A DNA stretch of 64,000 nt, from NCBI GenBank assembly GCA_900551995.1, contig URXW01000003.1, forward strand, positions 3,196-67,195. Direction: 5' to 3'. Below the pieces are notes generated by a model that was not told where the DNA came from, made no database searches, and worked only from the letters and a program-made list of their open reading frames with translations. The position numbers were made by a program, and so were the translations under genes. Below are positions 61,408 to 64,000 of the stretch, piece by piece. The first letter of the stretch is position 1. Each line of letters starts with the position of its first letter. Source of the DNA: an uncultured Eubacteriales bacterium (lineage in GTDB: Bacteria; Bacillota; Clostridia; Oscillospirales; Oscillospiraceae).

Positions 61408-62736
61408 ATGAAAAAGAGGATCGCGCTGTGCCTGATAGCACTGCTGCTGCTTCTGCCGGCGGCAGGCTGCGGAGAGAAAAAGAACACGGACCCCCTGACG
61501 GTGACGCTGTGGCACGTCTACGGCGGCGAGGTGGACTCCCCGCTGAACGGTCTGATCGAGCGGTTCAACAGTACCATCGGCGTGGAGAAGAATATCCGGG
61601 TGAAGGTGGAGCTGGTCAGCAACAGCGGCAGCATCCACAAAAGCGTGCTGGCTGCCGCCAACAGCGACCCCGGCGCGCCGACGCTGCCGGATATGTTCGT
61701 GTCGTACCCCAAAACGGTGCTGGCACTCCCGGACGAGGACATTCTGGTGGACTACCGGGACTATTTCAGCGGCGAGGAGCTGGGCGCGTTCCTGCCCGCC
61801 TTCTTGGAGGAGGGACAGGTGAACGGACGGCAGGTGATACTGCCCATCGCCAAGTCCACGGAGGTGCTGTTCGTCAACAGGACGCTGTTTGACCGCTGGG
61901 CTGCCGCCTCCGGTGCCAGCTATGACGACCTTGCCACATGGGAGGGCATCTACGCGCTGGCGGAGAAGTACGCCGCCGACACGGGGAAGTGCTTCCTTGT
62001 GAACGACTATCATTTCAACTATTTCCAGGTGGGCGTGACGTCGCTGGGGGAGGACTTCTTCCAGAATGACGGCGTGCGCTTCGGCAGCGGCTTCGAGCGG
62101 GCGTGGGAGCCTTACGCCCATGCAGCGTTGGAGGGCGGCGTCTGGCTGCAGGACGGCTACGCCACGGAGTCCCTCCGGACGGGGGATACCATCGCGTCGG
62201 TGGCGTCCTCCGCCAGCGTGCTCTATTACTCCGACACGGTGACGTACCCGGACAACACCTCCGAGAAGGTGTCCATCACGTCCCTGCCGTACCCGGTGTT
62301 CGAAGGCGGCGAGAAGCTGGTGATGCAGCGGGGCGTGGGTATGTGCACCACCAAGTCCACGCCGGAGCGGGAAAAGGCGTGCATCACGTTTCTGAAATGG
62401 CTGACGGAGCCGGAGCGGAACGTGGAGTTCGTCACCAGTCTCGGCTATATGCCGGTGACGCAGGAGGCGTTCGACAAGTATCTGCCCGACGCTGTGGAGA
62501 GCCTTACCGACCCCATGTACATCTCGCTGTACGAGACGTATTTGCAGACGCAGGAGGAGTACACCTTCTATTACCCGCCCCAGATGGAGAACTATCCGGA
62601 TCTGGAGACGCGGTTCGAGAATCTGTCGCGGCTGAAGATGATGGCGGGACGCGCACAGTATCTGGAGGGCAGCGGCACGGCGGAGGAATTGGTTTGGGAC
62701 ACGCTGGACAGTTTTAAACTGGATTACGGTACATGA
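61408..62736 (+). CDS. Extracellular solute-binding lipoprotein (family 1-like)
   Basis: Lipobox AAGC, TVTLWHVYG, LPDMF, AKSTEVLFVN, FLKWLTEPE, GYMPV. Confidence 0.88.
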   Translation: MKKRIALCLIALLLLLPAAGCGEKKNTDPLTVTLWHVYGGEVDSPLNGLIERFNSTIGVEKNIRVKVELVSNSGSIHKSVLAAANSDPGAPTLPDMFVSYPKTVLALPDEDILVDYRDYFSGEELGAFLPAFLEEGQVNGRQVILPIAKSTEVLFVNRTLFDRWAAASGASYDDLATWEGIYALAEKYAADTGKCFLVNDYHFNYFQVGVTSLGEDFFQNDGVRFGSGFERAWEPYAHAALEGGVWLQDGYATESLRTGDTIASVASSASVLYYSDTVTYPDNTSEKVSITSLPYPVFEGGEKLVMQRGVGMCTTKSTPEREKACITFLKWLTEPERNVEFVTSLGYMPVTQEAFDKYLPDAVESLTDPMYISLYETYLQTQEEYTFYYPPQMENYPDLETRFENLSRLKMMAGRAQYLEGSGTAEELVWDTLDSFKLDYGT

Positions 62737-64000
62737 GCGGGGGAAAGCAGATGCGTTCGATCAGGGAAATGCTCCACAAGTCAACCTACGGTGCCGCTCC
62801 CAGCATGGGGGCGCGGCTGCTGCTATACTGGTTCACCATGGCACTGCTGCTGGTGGCGGTGATCCTATCGATCCTGATGGCGACGGGGGTGCTGTCCCAC
62901 CCGGCGCGGCAGCTGGCCGGAACGCTGGACATTCAGCAGCGGAACAGCTACGCCACGCTGGACTCCCAGATGGACGCGCTGACGGCGCAGGGCATGGTGA
63001 TGTCGGGGAAGCTGGGGCGCGAGCTGGACGCCTTCCTCGCCTCGAAGGGCATTTCCTTTGACGAGCTGAACGACGACCCGGACACCATCGCGGAGCTGGA
63101 GCGGCGGCTGTACGCGCCGCTGAGCAGTTCACTGGCCGCCGCCACGTGCAGCGGGATATTCTTCGGGCTGAACGTCACCGCCAACACGTCGCTGCCCAAC
63201 GCGGAGACGCTCCGGGCGGGCATGTATCTGCGCTATTCCGGCTTGCAGCCCACCGTGGCGTCGGAGCAGGACGTGACCTGCTTCCGCGGCGCGGCGGAGG
63301 CGGCGCGGAGCTTGCAGCTCCAGATGCACAACCGGTGGAACCCGGAGCTGAACGCCGCGCTGATCCCCGGCAGTGAGACGGTCTCGTCCTATCAGGGGCT
63401 GCGGCTGGCGGACGGCTGTCTGTGGACGACGCGCATGGAGCTTCCCGACACGTGGGAGCACGTGATGCTGCTGTGCGTGCCCGTTCTGGACGGCGGCGGG
63501 ATCGTCCGGGGCTTCTGCGGCATGGAGGTCAGCGACCTCTATTTCAGCCTGTCCCACAGCGCGGTGTCCAGCTCCTTCGGCAGAATACTGACGGTGCTGG
63601 CTCCCGTGGAGAAGGGCGAGGTGTATCTGCCCGGTGCCATGCTGGGAGCCACCGACGGCTCACGGCTGACCGCCAACGGCACGCTGCATTTCAGCGACGG
63701 GAAATACTACACCACGTACAGCGACGGGAGGTACACCTATCTGGGGCGGCACCAACTGCTGGACGCCGCCACCTCTGACGGCGTGCCCCTTGCCGTCGTG
63801 ACGCTGGTGCCGGAGGGCACGTTCCGCAGCTACGAGAAGCATTCGCAGATCGCGTGGTTCGTGGGCGCGGTGCTGCTGCTCCTAGCCATGCTGGCGGCGG
63901 CAACGGTGCTGTCCCGCCGGTTCGTGAAGCCTATCAACAAGAGCCTTGCGGCGGTGCGCGGCGGCGCGGCGGAGATGGTCAAATCCGGCATACCGGAGAT
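62733..64000 (+). CDS. Membrane sensor/regulator, N-terminal part (TM-extracellular domain-TM-HAMP-like); 3' truncated
   Basis: Open frame from ATG 62733 (ATGA overlap; alternative ATG at 62751) to the window end; TM1 LLLYWFTMALLLVAVILSIL, TM2 IAWFVGAVLLLLAMLAAATVLSRRFVKPI. Confidence 0.75.
   Translation, partial: MSGGKQMRSIREMLHKSTYGAAPSMGARLLLYWFTMALLLVAVILSILMATGVLSHPARQLAGTLDIQQRNSYATLDSQMDALTAQGMVMSGKLGRELDAFLASKGISFDELNDDPDTIAELERRLYAPLSSSLAAATCSGIFFGLNVTANTSLPNAETLRAGMYLRYSGLQPTVASEQDVTCFRGAAEAARSLQLQMHNRWNPELNAALIPGSETVSSYQGLRLADGCLWTTRMELPDTWEHVMLLCVPVLDGGGIVRGFCGMEVSDLYFSLSHSAVSSSFGRILTVLAPVEKGEVYLPGAMLGATDGSRLTANGTLHFSDGKYYTTYSDGRYTYLGRHQLLDAATSDGVPLAVVTLVPEGTFRSYEKHSQIAWFVGAVLLLLAMLAAATVLSRRFVKPINKSLAAVRGGAAEMVKSGIPE

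Overview
GC-rich chromosomal window from an anaerobic, spore-forming Clostridia-class bacterium; gene content and style suggest Oscillospiraceae (inference). About 55 genes, mostly core or metabolic: ftsH, rlmB, a divergent EF-G paralogue, perR-rubrerythrin, deoC-deoD plus a nucleoside ABC transporter, an Na/Pi cotransporter, prfB, an MBOAT/DHHW O-acylation cluster, cobB, spoVAD/E, copA, ctsR-mcsA-clpC, methionine gamma-lyase/ridA, glpK, a GltD-linked [FeFe]-hydrogenase, proS and a T-box trpS-trpB2 unit. I saw no CRISPR array, prophage, transposase, rRNA or tRNA. Best leads: (1) a candidate nested copZ-like gene at the 3' end of copA, with its own -35/-10, SD and in-frame ATG; (2) four copies of a highly structured ~180-220 bp non-coding element abutting terminator hairpins, one flanked by a 26-bp duplication and one showing a compensatory base-pair change; (3) a 701-aa membrane protein that aligns to P1B-ATPases but has lost all catalytic motifs; (4) a ctsR operon without mcsB, with matching degeneration in McsA and ClpC; (5) an EF-G paralogue with altered GTPase motifs. 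All product calls come from recognising motifs by eye; no database searches were run.
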